A stretch of 64,000 nucleotides of DNA from Fimbriosthenelais zetlandica (GCA_977030845.1 OZ365116.1:22072001-22136000); one strand, 5' to 3'; positions 23,331-38,199 are shown, numbered from the stretch's first letter. The notes: generated by a model from the letters alone, not told the origin. Numbers and translations: made by a program.

Positions 23331-24924
23331 TCAGCACTGTCAACTCTGAGAGAGATCACTGGTCTGGCTGCTACACTGGTACTTACTGCAAAGACAGAGC
23401 CACCGAGAAGTCAGTTAACGTCAGCTAAAGGAAAATCTAAAAGTTAGTAACAATCCGCTTTCCTGCAAAAAAATGCAGAAAATGAACAGTACTCTGGCAT
23501 GTGCATTAAGCCCTTCTTGTACAAAGATTTACTCTGCTTTCGCCTGAGTTTCCTTCGTGCTACGAAGGATACCATTTATCGCAGCAGTATTGAATGCCAA
23601 GAGCGGGATATTGATGTCATTTATTCTCAATTTCTTGCATGGTGCCTGGCAGAGTAGGGCTTCCAGTTCTTTCCTTGTGACTGAATACCAGGTGTCACAC
23701 TGAGAGGCATGGAACTCTCACGCCTTATAATCAGATTAATCCTCACTTTCAACCACACTTACGTGATTGCACGAGATCCTGGCGTCTCAACGTGTCTTTA
23801 AGTTTCAACCAGTGGTGGCAGTCGCTATCCGAGGCCCGCTGAAGGGGCCATACAATAACCTTGATCCTTGTCACTAGGTATTAATGGTAACTTGCCAGAA
23901 GCCTGCCCAAACCTGGACCATGTCGCTTTTACATGCATATCATATCCCCAGTGAAATAACATGGAATCGCTATCCTTTGCGGTTAAAATCTCTTGCATTA
24001 CTTAATGTTCTACATGTTCTCAAATGTACGTAAAATCGACACCAGGTTCTCATATGGCATGCAGATTTGATTTAAACAAGAGTTTATAACTGCATGAAAA
24101 CATGCACAAGGTTTTCATTGTCATATCCCAGTTTTTGGTGAACCAAGACAATTGCCAATTTTCCATGTGGGTGGCTGCGAAGCAGGCCCCAATGATTGCA
24201 GTGTAACCTCACATCACTGTCAGCCCCCTCATTGTACTCGCCAGCCATGATTTCCTCCAATCTTCCTATCAACTTCCCCTCTCACAGCAGTTGGCCTCAG
24301 TGCACAGCAGCTTATCTGGAGAGTAATCAACAACATAAGCGGTGTCAATTATAAGGCTCTCTTTCTCTCTCTACTTCCTCCCCTATTCCCATCTCTCTTC
24401 CCACTTCTATTGAGTCATTCACATTGCCTGCACTCGACCCACCATCGATTGTGATTAGAAAGGAAAATTGAATAGATTCAATGCACCACCAACAAGCGTG
24501 TATAATGGTCTGTAATGCCCTTACATGACTTTTTCAAGTCATGTGTACTTGGGGTGAAAGGCATTAAGCATTGGCTACATAATGCTTTCAAAATGATGAT
24601 TCAATCCTTGAATTGACAAAGCGAAAAGAAATACAAAATTCACCAGGATTTTAGTGCATGAAAGGCATAAGACTTCAAGGCGTATCGGCTGTATGATAAG
24701 ACCTAGTACCTGGAACCTGTTTCTCAAGGTATAGTCTGAGGAGAATGCGTGAAGGGAGCAATTCCTATGCAGCACATCTTGGAAATATAGGTTACGGAGG
24801 GAGGTAGGCTAAAGGCGGCGTTTTAAAACATTCATAGCTGGTGTGAGACAAGTGTTAGAAATGGTCTGTAAGCGATAACCATTAGTGTGCAAATAGGACC
24901 GCCACAAAATGGGAATCCTACAGC

Positions 24925-26090
24925 ATGTTTGCCCGAGTTGAATCCATTAGAGGCAACATAGTTGGGGTAATTGGTTCCCCGAGCATGACTATTAGCAGGC
25001 GTAGAGCAGCAATCAGGACTCTCTTTTACACATTCTCAATGATGGATGTCATGAAGAAAGTAATCCCATTAGTAATTTGTAGATACCACATCACCATAAA
25101 CCGCCCTGGCTCAGGTCACACTTTAAACTACAAATGATGTTTGTATTATGGACCACAGGATTAGGAGAATAAACCGATTTGCACGCCATATTGATTCTTT
25201 TGCCGAGCACTCAAGGCTGGGTGATGGAATGAAGTATTGTTTTCAACGACCAACCTGATTGTTGCATTGGATCCAAACAAAATGTGGGCCGTATTGAAAA
25301 GTCCATACTTCATCCTTGATCATCATCACGTCAATGCTACAGCACAAATTATTGCAACATTGTCCCAGATTAGGCAGGACTGTTCTGATAAATTGTGTCC
25401 AAATTTTAAGAGTTGTTCGGCAATAAAAGATGCCGTTGTCTGCATACTGCCTGAACCGGCCCCAGTTATTGCTTTCAGAATATCATTAGAGCCTTAAATT
25501 CAAGCTAGAGTTGCAGCTAGAACATGGCAAATGCCAACCAATCACTGCTTTTATGCAGTGAAAGGTGTTCAGTTTCAGACATGAACCTTCTGGTTGTGCC
25601 AATACATCTGAGACCTGTTTGACTCGTGGTACGTGTAGGCACCCAGCCAGGGCAGCCTGCTTATAATCATTTAGCCCAAGTAAATCTGGTATCCCCACAC
25701 GTCTTCCTGGCGGATTAGATTCATCTCAAGTTGAGCCTGGGCTGAGGGGTGTGTATGATAGTTGGTCGTATCGGGCTGGGTAAGGGGTGACAGCCTCCTG
25801 CTTTACGAGGCTCCAATAGGAGCGCCAGTAAAGGCCAGGAATACATTACAGGTCATTAACTGGAAGCATCGGCGAGAAGCCACCTGATAAAGTCTTGTTG
25901 GTATTCATCCTCGCCCACATGACAGCCCCACTGGCTTCCTGCTAAATAAAGATAGCACCTGGGCCAGGCCAGCCTCCTCCTAGAGGGATGACTTAATCAC
26001 AAGTGCTAACTACTGCAGGAACCCTGGAGGAGGCTGAGGGTTGTTGGACGTGCAGGTCAAGACTGGCCACCTGCTGGAAGATGTGCATAG
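24925..26090 (+). mobile_element. Decayed Tx1/L1-clade LINE RT region
   Basis: Ordered: DVMKKVI...RPG (~RL..VM..+I..Q...PGR), LIVALDPNK.W (~SLD.EKAFD..W), IRQDC (~IRQGC), AIK...CILP, NWKHR..DKVLL (~WK.R.LS..GKVL) and GG*GLLDV (~GGLGL.D+). Confidence 0.5.
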
Positions 26091-27180
26091 CAAGTAGTCT
26101 TATCTCCAGGTGAAGAATAGTGGGGCTGGGTGGTAGATGTGGGGTGAGACTGGTGCCTTAATAATGGGTTCGTACCATACAGGTTAGAGGTGCTGGGTTC
26201 TGTTTAGCGTTAAAACCACATATACATGTCCCCAGCTACTGCAGGTCACGTCCCCTCATATGAGAGTTAATCTTTATATAATGTGTGTAAGCTGAGCTTT
26301 AGCTTGATGGATGTTCATTGCTCTATCCTTCCCCCAGATTGAGTAAACAAGGCTATATATAGTGACTTAGCTAGGAAATGCTGCAGGCAGACTGCCGAAA
26401 AGCAACAATTTCCAATTACCAACGGTGTGATGGCTTAGGATTACTTCTATATGTTGTACTGATACTTGATATACCGTTATGAGGAACACTTTTCAATGTA
26501 TTATTAGTTGACATGAAAGGCATCAAGGATGTTGCACCTTCCAAGTCTTCCATTCAGTCTATTATACCTGTCATCGCCTCTTGCAGGAACCATGTCAAAC
26601 CTTCTCATTGACCCGTTTACAAAAACTCTTTCACTTTTTTTCCTTGATAAGATGAATCACTGTAATACTGCGCTGATCAACCGATCATCGCCGTACTCAA
26701 CCCTCCTGGGGAGCCTTCCCCCTTTTTTCCCCTGACTGGCTATAGAATCATAGCGTAAATAACTTATGAGGAAGAATCAATCTTGTTTTTCTGCTCCTCT
26801 TCCCTCTGTGGTGTAGGGGTCGGCTACCTGTTTCATCTGAGCCTTCCTTTCATCAATGGAAGAACTCTGGTGAAACAATGCGTATTAGAGAAGCAGGGCT
26901 TGCCCCCACCATGCATCATAGTACTCGGGCTTGGGGTTTTTTCATCTAAAAATCCTTTCACAGTGGAAGGGTAAAGTTCAATCTTATACGATAGATCAAC
27001 AGGAGAAGATAGATTAATCATACTTTACTGACGTTATGTGAATTCCTTATTCTCATGATATACACTGTTGGTTTTTGACTGGTCTTCTGTCTTCTATAAT
27101 AAAATATGCTCCTTTATGTTTATAATGATCTGAGAGACGTTTGTTGTAGTCATTAACCATTGTATATATTATATTTTCAG

Positions 27181-27254
27181 GTGGCTGGTGTAGTCGGACG
27201 AGCTGATGTCATGGCCTGTGCACTGTACCTCATCACCTTTTTATTGTATCACAG
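27181..27254 (+). CDS. TMTC1: TMTC1-like coding exon
   Basis: Acceptor attttcag|GTG, donor CACAG|gtaagg; 74 nt, phase 0 to 2. Encodes VAGVVGRADVMACALYLITFLLYH(R), continuing HTEA|VAG.VGRAD of TMTC proteins. Confidence 0.93.
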
Positions 27255-28977
27255 GTAAGGAAATCTAGACCTTTTACAAATTAATTTTTTTGAGATTACC
27301 TCCATCTTTGAATTTGGATGAGAAAGGGTTCGAATGGTCAACATATTTCCATATGACATATTGTACCTGCCATCGTATATATCTTGTCATCAAGATGTCA
27401 GAACATCTTTTCCTCCCATCTTTCCTGATATGAAGAGGAATAAGAATAAAAAAGCATATCTTTCACTAGAGCACTACATGTATGATTATGTTTTATGGAT
27501 GCGACCTAAAAACGAAGACCAAAGCTTAATATATTATTTTCATCAGGCAGAGAAAAGCTTCTTGAAGGTTGAAAGTCAGGAAGGATCAGATCATGTTTGT
27601 CAAGGCAGCTAAAGGCTGTACTTTCTAATGAAGTCAAGCTAAAGGCATCGATTCACTGACTAACGTCTATGTCTTACAGAACATCAAACCCCATCTCTTC
27701 TATGTCTACTCTATACAATTTATCCTCAGCTTGCATAAGCTTCCTTCAAGATGAGGAAGACGTATTTGTAGCACCGAACTTTGACTTTCATATAGCCTTT
27801 GATTCAAGGATCTATTGATGTCAAAGCCCCATATTTAAGATACGAAACTTCTCTCTATGCAATAAGGGGATTTTAAGTTTCTTAAATCGCCTAGCTCATA
27901 GTAATCTAGTGAGCACTTTCACTCTTACGTGGAACTTTATTTTGTGTACTGCTAGGCCTATCTGAGGCTGCTTCTCTGTAACGTTATTTCAGCACTACAT
28001 GACCTTCCCTATCTTAACTTGAAATGTTTTACCCTTCACCATATTTAAAAGCCACCATTGGGACTGTTGAATGAGCACATTAAAATGCTTACTCTGTTGA
28101 ATCAGGACATTAGATTGTTGCAAAAAATGGGTGGATCTGTGATGTATATTAATTCTGCCTGACTGAAGTAGTAGCAGCAGTAGTGTCAAGTTAAGCCCAC
28201 ATCAGAAGGCGGATCTACTCAGAAATGGACAATCGCTGTAACCCTGCACCCAGACCCTTATCAAACCTGATAGCTGCCACCTCCAATCAGACTCATAAAT
28301 GTCCCGCTACACATGCTACTATGTCAGCCAGCCCCGTCTCTGCTGGCTCCGTCTAAATTGCTGATTTTTCACGGCCTAATCAGAGGGGACACTGACCTTA
28401 TTGGATCAGAGATTGGGAAAGAGCATATATTATTCTTTTATCCTGCAGCGATTGCTCAAGAATAGTCTTGCCATTACGCAAAGCAGGGAAAAAGCTGCTT
28501 TCACAATGACCTTCATGGGGTGTGGCATGGTTACCTCTGAAGATCAATCAATGTAACATGCCTCCCTTATTAACCCAAACGCTTTCTCCTATATAGCGAT
28601 AACCATAGCGAGAAAAGGCATTCTCCCAACCTTGAATGCCATTGATGAAAGAAGGTTGGCAAACAGTTCCACAAAGGCGGAAAAAAATCTATGAACCATG
28701 CAATGGCATCTGAATCATTTACTATTCCAAGCCCGTCACGTTCAATCTCTCTTGCCTTGTCATTCAATCAGTCGCTTGAAAGCAATCAATCAATTTTCAA
28801 GCTTTTGCTTTAACATACTACAATGGCACACATTCAGAGAGTAGTGTTATTTTTTCAAAACTTCGTGGTTGCTCCTTTGTTGTTTCCCTCAGACTGCATC
28901 AGACCCCGAAAAGCTCGTTCTTTACAGAGTAGGCTAACCCATTACCAAAAATTAATAAAGGTTGCCATATATAGGCC

Positions 28978-29020
28978 TACCATTTTGCTGCCATATACCA
29001 TTTTGTTGCCATATACCATT
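28978..29020. repeat. 18-bp tandem repeat, about 2.4 copies
   Basis: TACCATTTTG(C/T)TGCCATA twice, then TACCATT. Confidence 0.85.
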
Positions 29021-30879
29021 CTGACTCACGGATACGAAACTGCCTGATGCCACTCTCCACAAGAATTACAAACTGCAGGATCAAAGGTCAAATGTCAAAG
29101 GTCAAGGTCTGCAAAAAACTAGCATTCCTGAGAATTAGACCTTTTTTGTCATATCTTTCTAACCATTAATGGTAGACCTTCCATATTTTACTCACTTAGG
29201 TCATACAGCTTTACAGCTAGGCTAATAGTCAGGTTTATTCCCTGCTTGATAGGAAAGGGCCAGGTAATTGCCTAATTACTATCGATGGCCAACCAGTTGT
29301 GGTGCATTCTTCTCTGATGCTCCTCTTTGCATGGATTCATGCCTTCATCAGAAATGTTCTGATCAAGCAATCATGTGTACCAACTTGCCATATGGATTTT
29401 TCCAAGTAGCTTTTAAAATGTTCCAGCCGTCCTTCTTTTTATCGTTTCTCTTTTTTTATTTTCACAAAAGCCCTAATTGTTGAATTGCTGCCTGAATGGC
29501 GAATGGATGCTGAGGGTGATGCCTTTGGAAATGGTTCATATAAAAGGTCATGTGATGGTCACTCTGCCTGGGCAGTTGGTCGTGTGAATTAACCGCTATT
29601 GTAAGGATAGATGAGCATGCATGAGAGATGTATTGTACTTGTCATATTGGTCGTACCTCTCGTGACCAATCTGCCAGATGTGATAGAGGCGGAGTGACAG
29701 ATTGGTCTTCACCTAGGTAATTAAGTTATGAAAGGTGACATGTTGACATTGACAGTAATTACAATCATGAATTGTCAGAGAACCTCTTGTGGGATGATAG
29801 TCCGATGTTAGAGGAACCATCACGTTGAATGCTGGTCCTATGACGTATCTAGGCCATTGTACAACCATAGGCTAAAGCATTGTTGTACAATGCCCCGACT
29901 GATATATATCTGGCTGCTAAAAATCTGGCCTAAACAGATATGTTGTTATCTAAAATGACACTGCCGCCGTTTCTATACTATAAGTTCTGCATGTATACCC
30001 ATGTTAACTATATTAAGTGTTCTATTACACGATTTGAAATGCAATACACTGACCCACTGCGATACCATCATCATGTGCTTATGTTCACATGATTATGCAG
30101 GAATTATGGGTGAATTTTGCCCATGGTTAGCAGGACATAGGGGTCATGATTCACCACTGTGGTTCACCATTCCATGTTATCGTCCCTAGTTTGCATCTTG
30201 ATATTTGAGAGGGACACTTTTGGATGTAAATCTGAATTATCCATGTCTGAATTTGATACATTGTTAGCCTGACACACGGCCTACCCTGACTTGACCATAA
30301 GGTGTAGCAACCTGAGAACCATAATTGATACCAAGCAATAAAGCAGCGCATTGAGAAGACTGTGAAAATTGGCTTCCTACGGCTACAACTATCAATATTT
30401 CATACTTTGACAATCTAGGTTGAGAGAAGGTCCCATGGTCATGAACAAAGAGTAGGGGGTCAGACATGGTGGGCTGGCTGTGGGGTGCATGGGAGAGTGG
30501 GGAAAGCAAAGGTCGGGGGCAACGCCCACTGACACTAGAAATTCTCTTCTATTATCTGAAAACACGCCTAGGTCAATTTATCATGAAAAGTATGATCATT
30601 GGGTATAAATTGGACAAGCCAGGGCCATAAATCTGGTGTTGCAAATTCCTTGTTGCCGGAGTCAGGCAATAGCCATTCAAGGGTGCAACACTCAGCATGG
30701 CATGTGCCGTTATGAGATTCATTCTAAGGAGTTCTTGAAGATGTATTGTTTGGAGATATTTATTCGACTTTTCCCCCCTCCTCGTTCAGTTAGATTTAAT
30801 ATAACATCCATTGCGCATTTTGGGTAGAAGATTATATTTAGTAGGCACAGGGTGTTGCTATATTTGAGGACGAGGAATT

Positions 30880-31300
30880 GCCGTTGGTTCACGGAGATAG
30901 AGCCTCAGACCACATGTCAGGGGTCGGTGTATTGATGGGACTTGTCCGTGCTTCAGATGTACCATCCTCTCCCCCGTCACACATAAATAACATGCCATCC
31001 TATTGTCAATGTGTGTCTCTTGGATGCCCTATGTGGCTAGCCGCTGTATTACATTCTCCTGGGCTCCAATGTCACAACAAATATAGACGGTTATTCTTGG
31101 ACTTCAGAGGGAAATATAAGGCCAATGTTTATACTGTTGAATATTTGAATATTAACTCATATGGAACTCTCTCAGTTGTTCCTCTGATTTCTTACAACAG
31201 TCTGTGTGTATTTCGACATACCATAGAGAACACACTGTCTATTCCCAGCCACGTAGGTGTAACTAAAAGTGTTGGCATTTGTATACATCTCAAAAGCACC
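30880..31300 (+). mobile_element. Decayed CR1-like endonuclease fragment
   Basis: GVGVLMG (~GGGVL.A), HSPG (~YRPP), VILG(D)F via a small indel, TIENTL (~PTR..N.LD) and GICIH (~GISDH). Confidence 0.35.
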
Positions 31301-34300
31301 CTTATATCCACTACAGAAGTAAATGACCCATGACCTTACAAATACCAGGCTATGTCAAAGGCAATTGGAGGTGATTTTCCCCTCCATTCACTTTAGTAAG
31401 AGGACCACCTATGAGGCCTCCTTGTCTGTCTCAATGTGTGCTATGTTAAAGGGATGCTGTTGCACCTGGTCATACGTGAGTGGTCAAGGGTGGTCAACAT
31501 TATGATATATAGGATGTACAGGTGTGCACCTTATTTAACAGCAACACGGCTTAAATAGGTTTCAAGTAACAGGGATTTTCTTTGGTAGATGAAATCACAC
31601 ATTGCATATCTGTGAAGTCCAACGCAATAGTACGTACTTCTATGAGTTACTGTACATAAGTTTAGTTGACTAAAATTATGATCGATAAACTACGATTTAC
31701 ATCCAAGATATGATGCCATCGTAGTTACCATTGTGCACTGAATGGAAATTTCCAAGAACGTTAGCAATTCATCTATTATAGAGTCTGATCACAGAAGACA
31801 ATAAGCAATAGAATTAATGTTGGGGACACGTACTCTCTAGAAATCTTTTCGAATTATCTTAATGCACTGGAAGCTCATCTTTCACGAGGAATCTGATTCA
31901 GCATTGTCACAAGTTCTTGAATGACTCCCTTTTGAATCAGGAGAAAGATTATATGGGGATTCAAACTAGATCAATGTTTCTGCCACAAGGTATATTTCAT
32001 TGCATGTCTCCCCTTTCTCATGCAGTGGGAGACCCGTTTGCTAAGACCTTCTCGAATGTTACTAGCTCGTAAATATAATTTTAATGTCTTATAGAAAGTG
32101 GAAGGAGTCTTGTCTGATGGACTTTCTCTGGCCTGAATTACAATAACATGCTTCATACGTGTAGGCTTCTCCGATGCAAATTATAATGGGTGGTTTGATG
32201 GTGTTTTTATACCATCTGATATTACACACTAATTGAAAACATTCAGAGTACAGTGCTTGCTAACATTACAGATATTATAAGCTCTGCATTCTAAAGTTCA
32301 TGGAGTTAAACTAACGGGTGCTTCTAGACCATACGATGGTAATACGATGATTTAAAGATCCCCTCACGGCTGAGCTGTGCCACCCACAATGTGAGGTGCC
32401 ATGCAGTATTATAATATTTTCGCTAGGATTAATCATTTCCCTGCTCAACTGTTTCTATAATGAAGCATCGTTTTCCTCTTAGCAAACCTGAGTCTACATC
32501 CACCTGACGATGTTGGTTGTTCCAAGAGACCTGTCGATACACATAGTTGGGTAGTGTGTGTACATTGCTGAACCAATTTAACCATATTGGCAAGCAATAC
32601 AATGACTTAAATGTAGCGTTTGTTTGCGTGTTACAGAAGCAGTCTTAGAGTGGAGTAGGCGATGGGGATTGTAGATGATAAATCAGTAGAGTCGTTGAAC
32701 CAGTGTGTAGTTTTCCCAGGTCCGCTACATATTGGATTCCTTTGGGTGCTTTCCAGGTCATGTATGGATTCATAACACATTTGATTCCAACTCATAACAT
32801 GCCATTTATATGCCATTCTCAATTGCCCTATCTTGTTGTGATCCCTACTAAAGAAACAAACATTTTGGCTCGCCCTATGATAGAAAATAGAGTGTACATT
32901 ATGTATGGGGATGATGGGGCTGAGCCGACGTGGCTGGCACATGGACAATAGAAGTGGGAAGTCGGTCAGTGGCTGAAGCCTTTTGAAGGGCCCCTTCTCT
33001 TCACCACCCATAGCGTGAGTCTTGTGTAGACCAATAATTGCTCGTGTATCTTCTCCACACACCATCTGGCTGTCTAAACAAACTTTAACACTACACATTC
33101 ACTGTCTCTAACAAAGCGCGAAGCAGCGAGCTGCAGGTGGATTGTCTCCAAGCCCAGGTGATTTGCATACTCGATTCTCACGGAAGATTTAAGAAAATCT
33201 TTAAGCAGTGACCGACTGAATCTACTTTCATCCCTGTGTATTCAAATTGGCCATCATCTCCTCAATTGTAGTGATAGCCACTTCAAAAGTCTGTACTTTA
33301 ACGTCTGGGCATTCAGATGTGGCGTCTTAAGTAGAGCCACCTTAAAAACTTACTCAGATTCATGCCAGAAGCTTGCTCAAGCATTCAGCAACTGTGTATC
33401 AGCCTAGAAAAAAGCTTCCCTTCCCTATCTAGCCCTTGGCTTTATTTTTAGCAGAATAAAATCCCTACTGCAGTGATTTTCATTAAAGATGTCTGCGACT
33501 CGCAGCATGCAGCTTAGTGAGAAATCAGAGGCTGAAATCCAATTTAAAAGGAGGCTATTCAAAGGCAGGCCAATTAAAAGTCTGTCTGTGCCATGTGTAG
33601 TCACTCTCACTTGGAATATCGTATAATCAATATAAGACAGGAGCAGGCATCATGCATGAGCTTCAGTAGAACAAGTAAAATCCGCCTCAATTGGCCTATT
33701 TTTGAGCCTTCCCCTACTTGAGGGACATTGATGATGCATCCTCAAGGATTGCTTTCTTTTAGACCCTGGCCTCCTGCATCATCATCCCTGCTCATGCTTA
33801 AGTCTCATCTGCATTGCAGATTGGTGAAGGGAGAGTTCTGAGAGCAGTAAAGACTGTGACTCGGAATCCTGAAGCCCTCCTGGTTCATCACTTAATCCCT
33901 CTTATCACCAAGGAGATGTATTCATAATCCAAAGGACCTGAGGTCACGCCAAAACAAGCCGGACCGCACTCGTCGTCCCGCCTGGGTTCACCACCCAAGT
34001 CATTCCCACCGGTCCCATTCACATGTCCTACCCACAGGGACAGGCCCACTGTGATGAGGTTAAGGCCTTCCTCACAGAATCATTCAGTCTGATGAGTAAT
34101 TGACCAATGGTAGTTAATTAAAAGCCCTGCCATGTAATTAGGGCTTATTTTTGACACTGTCCAGTGGCGGCGAATAGGACCAATCAGTCAGCCTTGACCC
34201 CTGGACCTGGCTTTACTGTGGCTGGATTACGATACCTCATTCACTCGGACATCTTTATGGGTTCTAATATTAATGACCCATCCATGGGTGTAATCTAGAA

Positions 34301-35856
34301 ATTGGCATGCGTCCAGCTAGTAATATCATAGCCGCCTCCTGTGGGAGATGTGTGCATCATGCACGTCACCCTCAGTGGTTTTTAACAGAACACGGTGCTG
34401 CCAACGTAAATGCCGCATCTGGGATCCTGAACATCAAAGATAAGGCATCCTTAATGATTAGATCCCATAAAAACGGGTATGAATAACTTATTATGTCTGA
34501 TGGGGGCCTGTCCAAAATACGGACACAGGTAGGTGAGAAATAACCCCTGAATCCACTTGTGGATTTACTCCAAAAATGTTCGGCGGAAGGTTCACATGGG
34601 AACGACATTGCCTCGCTTCAACCCGTTTGTATTATCCTTGTCAGTATAAAAACACCTAGTTTTTCCATCCTCTTTTTCATAATTAAATGTCATCAAGGAA
34701 GTGCGTCTTCACGATTTCCTCTCATTTCCCGCCTATTTGTGGCAGCGTGCCACTCCGAGTCTCAGACATGAGACTGTAAGTGCAGATTGATGCCGCACAA
34801 AGTGTACTTATGTCACAAGACGGGATCAAGGTCCTGGGCTTGTTTATGTACTGCGGAATGCATGTCAAAGTGAAAGAGCAACTCATATGCATTTAAAATG
34901 ATGAACCATTCAATCAGTGCCAGTTTTCACCAACCTCTGACCTTGTCTCGCAATTTATGCCCCCGGGCAGGCCCCCGCCGCAGCCCCCAGCCGTGCGGGG
35001 GTCAAGCACCCGTCCCTCAGCCGAGATTCATGAGACTTTGATCAATTCCATGTGGGATTTAGGATGAGATACATATCTCAACAGGGGGCTTTAATGAAAG
35101 TATTTATCAATCAGAGTCCCCTTGTCCATGTTACTTGACCATTAATGTTGATTGATGGGTGAATGGTTATCCTAGGAGTTCCTTCATCCAATGCCTCCCT
35201 CCTTATCCTACTCCCCTCTAACTCTTCTTCTGAGCGATGAGTCCGACCTTGGCTTTGCCACTTTTCTACCTCAATGTGATTTAATTCAAGACACGTGCTC
35301 CTTTTCACTGACGTTTTGTACGCAGTCCATTCAGAGTTTCACATAAAACCGTCATGTTTCACAGGCTAAATGACATTTTATCACCTTGGGTCACCAGTTC
35401 ACCATGCGCCCTGCCCGCCTCCTCCTGCCCACCCTTTTTACTCACCCGCCGCTGGTGAAGGGCCTCAGATGGGCGGATGGGCCCTCCATTGATCATTACT
35501 CACCCAAGTCCCTCATTAATCTCATTAAGTACCAAATTACATTAGATTGTTTCTTGTCTTCCCCCATAAAAGTACGCCAAAGACCGCATCTTAAACCCTC
35601 TTCCTTCCGTACCTCAGGTGCCTGATGCAGGATGAGACATTCTGTTGCTGTGTTCAAGATTCCCAAATCTGTGGGAAATTATGGCTGGAACAGACTGCGT
35701 CAGGTTGCTTGCGTTTTTCATATCATGCCACTTCAGAAAAAACGCCAGCAATCAAGCATGCCAATTAGAAAATCTAATCGAGTTGCAGCTAGCAGTCGTA
35801 CAAAGGTACATATATAAAACATCACCTGTATCATGAGCGCTCTTGGCTGTTCCAGT

Positions 35857-35883
35857 CATGGCGTAAGAACATGGCGTAAGAAC
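35857..35883. repeat. 13-bp exact tandem duplication
   Basis: CATGGCGTAAGAA twice. Confidence 0.85.
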
Positions 35884-35929
35884 TCTTGCAGTCTTCTTGG
35901 ATGGAGGACTGTAGTCTATGGCAAGTTTG

Positions 35930-36120
35930 TATTTATGGACACGAATTTGAGTCTATAGGAAGCTTTCGTTGTTCACTGCTTGCGATCCTAAAATGTCTGA
36001 CATATAGCATATGAAGAAACTGCAACTTCCATAAATGTTCTTTAAGATAGTGGCGAATCCTTCTGTTTGCCAAATCTCTTATATTCCCCTGTAAACAGTT
36101 TTGTAGCATAGATGGTTGGT
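35930..36120 (-). mobile_element. Decayed LINE RT N-terminal fragment
   Basis: ANRRIRHYLKEHL...HFRIASSE resembles .N.RI..YL.E..+L...Q.GFR...STE. Confidence 0.33.
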
Positions 36121-38199
36121 GCATTACTAGTAGTACATGATTTGTATCAAGAAGAAATCGGAGACGGGTAGGAAGGCTGGGCTGCTAAGTCCCACATGAT
36201 AGGCCTGGCATTGTTGACAAGAGGTCCAGTGTGAGTCATGGACCCGGGCCAGGACTCTGCATGTTTGTATGTGAAATATTGACATAATGGCACAGTAATC
36301 ACATGCGTCTTGTCATAATCGCTGATTTGTGGACCTCGCTCAGCCGCTGGCCATGCCGATTAGGCTACTCTACCCTTACTCCCCTTCCAGAGAAGGCGGG
36401 CTGCAGGTTTAGAATAGGTGGACTGGGGAAGAAAGAAAAATGAATGAAAGGAAGGGGAGGATGGCAAAGATGATAAATATTAGGGGGAAGGAATGTGGAT
36501 TGGAAGTAGGACACAGCAATGGCAGAATGTATCAGAATTTCAAGCTTCATAAAGTATAAATCTTCTTTGGCGCCTCGTGGGCCATGAGATAATCTTTAAG
36601 CCATGTCGAATGCTCCCTAAGTCGGCCCATGAATGAACTATTAATAGGTGGGATCCCATTTTCACTAAAAGCCACTGGTAATCCGCATAATGGTTAAGGT
36701 AGCAAATTTACGTAAAACAGAAGTCAGCATTCTATACACTGTTCTCACATTTAATGACATATTTTACTCATGATGTGATTTTGAAAATTGAATTGCCATT
36801 TGGAAATTGTTGTTGCGCAGGTCTTCCCTAAAAAACTAATCTGTTTTTTGAAATTGTAGATGATGAAAATGTCTCCATGAGATTAAAAAACATATTAGTT
36901 TCTTCTGTATTCTGAAATTTGGAAAAGAGGCTATTGTTCCGAAGTTGAAACTTTGAGAACGGAGATTGAAATATTTACTTGATTCAGGACTCCCTATTCC
37001 CATCTACATGCATGTGTCTTGGTTCAGCCAAACATTCCTTCTGCTAAAGTCATAGACAAATGAGAGTATGCTACTTGGGACATAAAGGCACTAGGACAGT
37101 TCATGTTTTAAAGGTTTCCTTTCCCATTACACACCTCTCAGATCTGCCCACCTGCATGCAGTAACTACTATGATTTATGTTTAAAGGGTTCAGGTCTGGA
37201 GGCTGAAACAGTGGGCATAATTGCTACCCCTGGGAAATGGCAAGGAGAAGTTGTCTATTGCTCCAAATGAGTGCTGCAGTGCAACTGCCAGTACCCACTG
37301 TCATAGTGGTTTGGAGCGATTGGCGAATGGGCATTATGCACCCCTCTCCCTAAACCAATCCATCACTAGGCCAGGCAACGAGCTTAATGTTGCATGAGTG
37401 CAAATGTATTCCATGGGACTATTGCCTATTATGAGGGGACCCTCCTCATCTCTGACTTGATAGGATGTCCTCATCGGGTGTTGTTATGTTGTTAGGTGTA
37501 TTGGCTATAATTACCTCCAGTCATATATACCTTCATTATCACTAATCTCTCATTATACTCGAGGTCACGCCTGAAGATGACGTACCTGCAAAAATCTACA
37601 AAATAAAGATTTATGATGCTGCAGGTGCAGATTTAAGATGCTGACCAATATGGTAAAAATAGCCTGTTTCTATTAAGGGAGCATTTACTTCTTTCTTGGT
37701 TGGAGTGCTGGATTGTACTGAAGTCTATATTATATGTTTAATTGGTCATGAAATTATTAATGCTGTTAGTGTAGATAATTAACTGGGTGTGAAAAGCTTT
37801 TGATGATAAAAACAATTATTAAACTATTGGATGATATGCACTGGGCGTGCAGCTGGGTTGACAGGGTGCATTCATCGGGAGGGCTGGGTCGATGTGTGGC
37901 ATACTGCGATATTCATGCTTACATTCAGCTAAACCGCCTGTAAACACTTTTGAGAGAAGAGGGTCAAAAAGTGCATTTGGAGACAAAATAGATGATAGGA
38001 ACCATTCTCTGCTTGTGGCTACATGTCTATGAATTCAGTCTGTCATCCCGCATTGTAAGTTTTACTCCCATGGCCTGACAAATATTCCTGATTCCACATA
38101 CTACTTAATAAGAGACTGCTAAGGCAAATACTAACAGCCAGACAGTTGAGATAAATAGAACCAGTTTTTTTCCCAGGCACAAATGGCTACACACGCCCA

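Noticed and set aside
29326-29351. Hammerhead-like core on the minus strand (CUGAUGA followed by a GCAUG/CAUGC hairpin)
   Set aside because: The essential GAAA is only AAA, and no stems I or III with an NUH cleavage site could be formed.
32631-33098. 155-aa minus-strand ORF
   Set aside because: No domain recognised. The opposite strand shows only weak LINE RT hints (WSRRWGL, YND), so it is probably a chance antisense frame.
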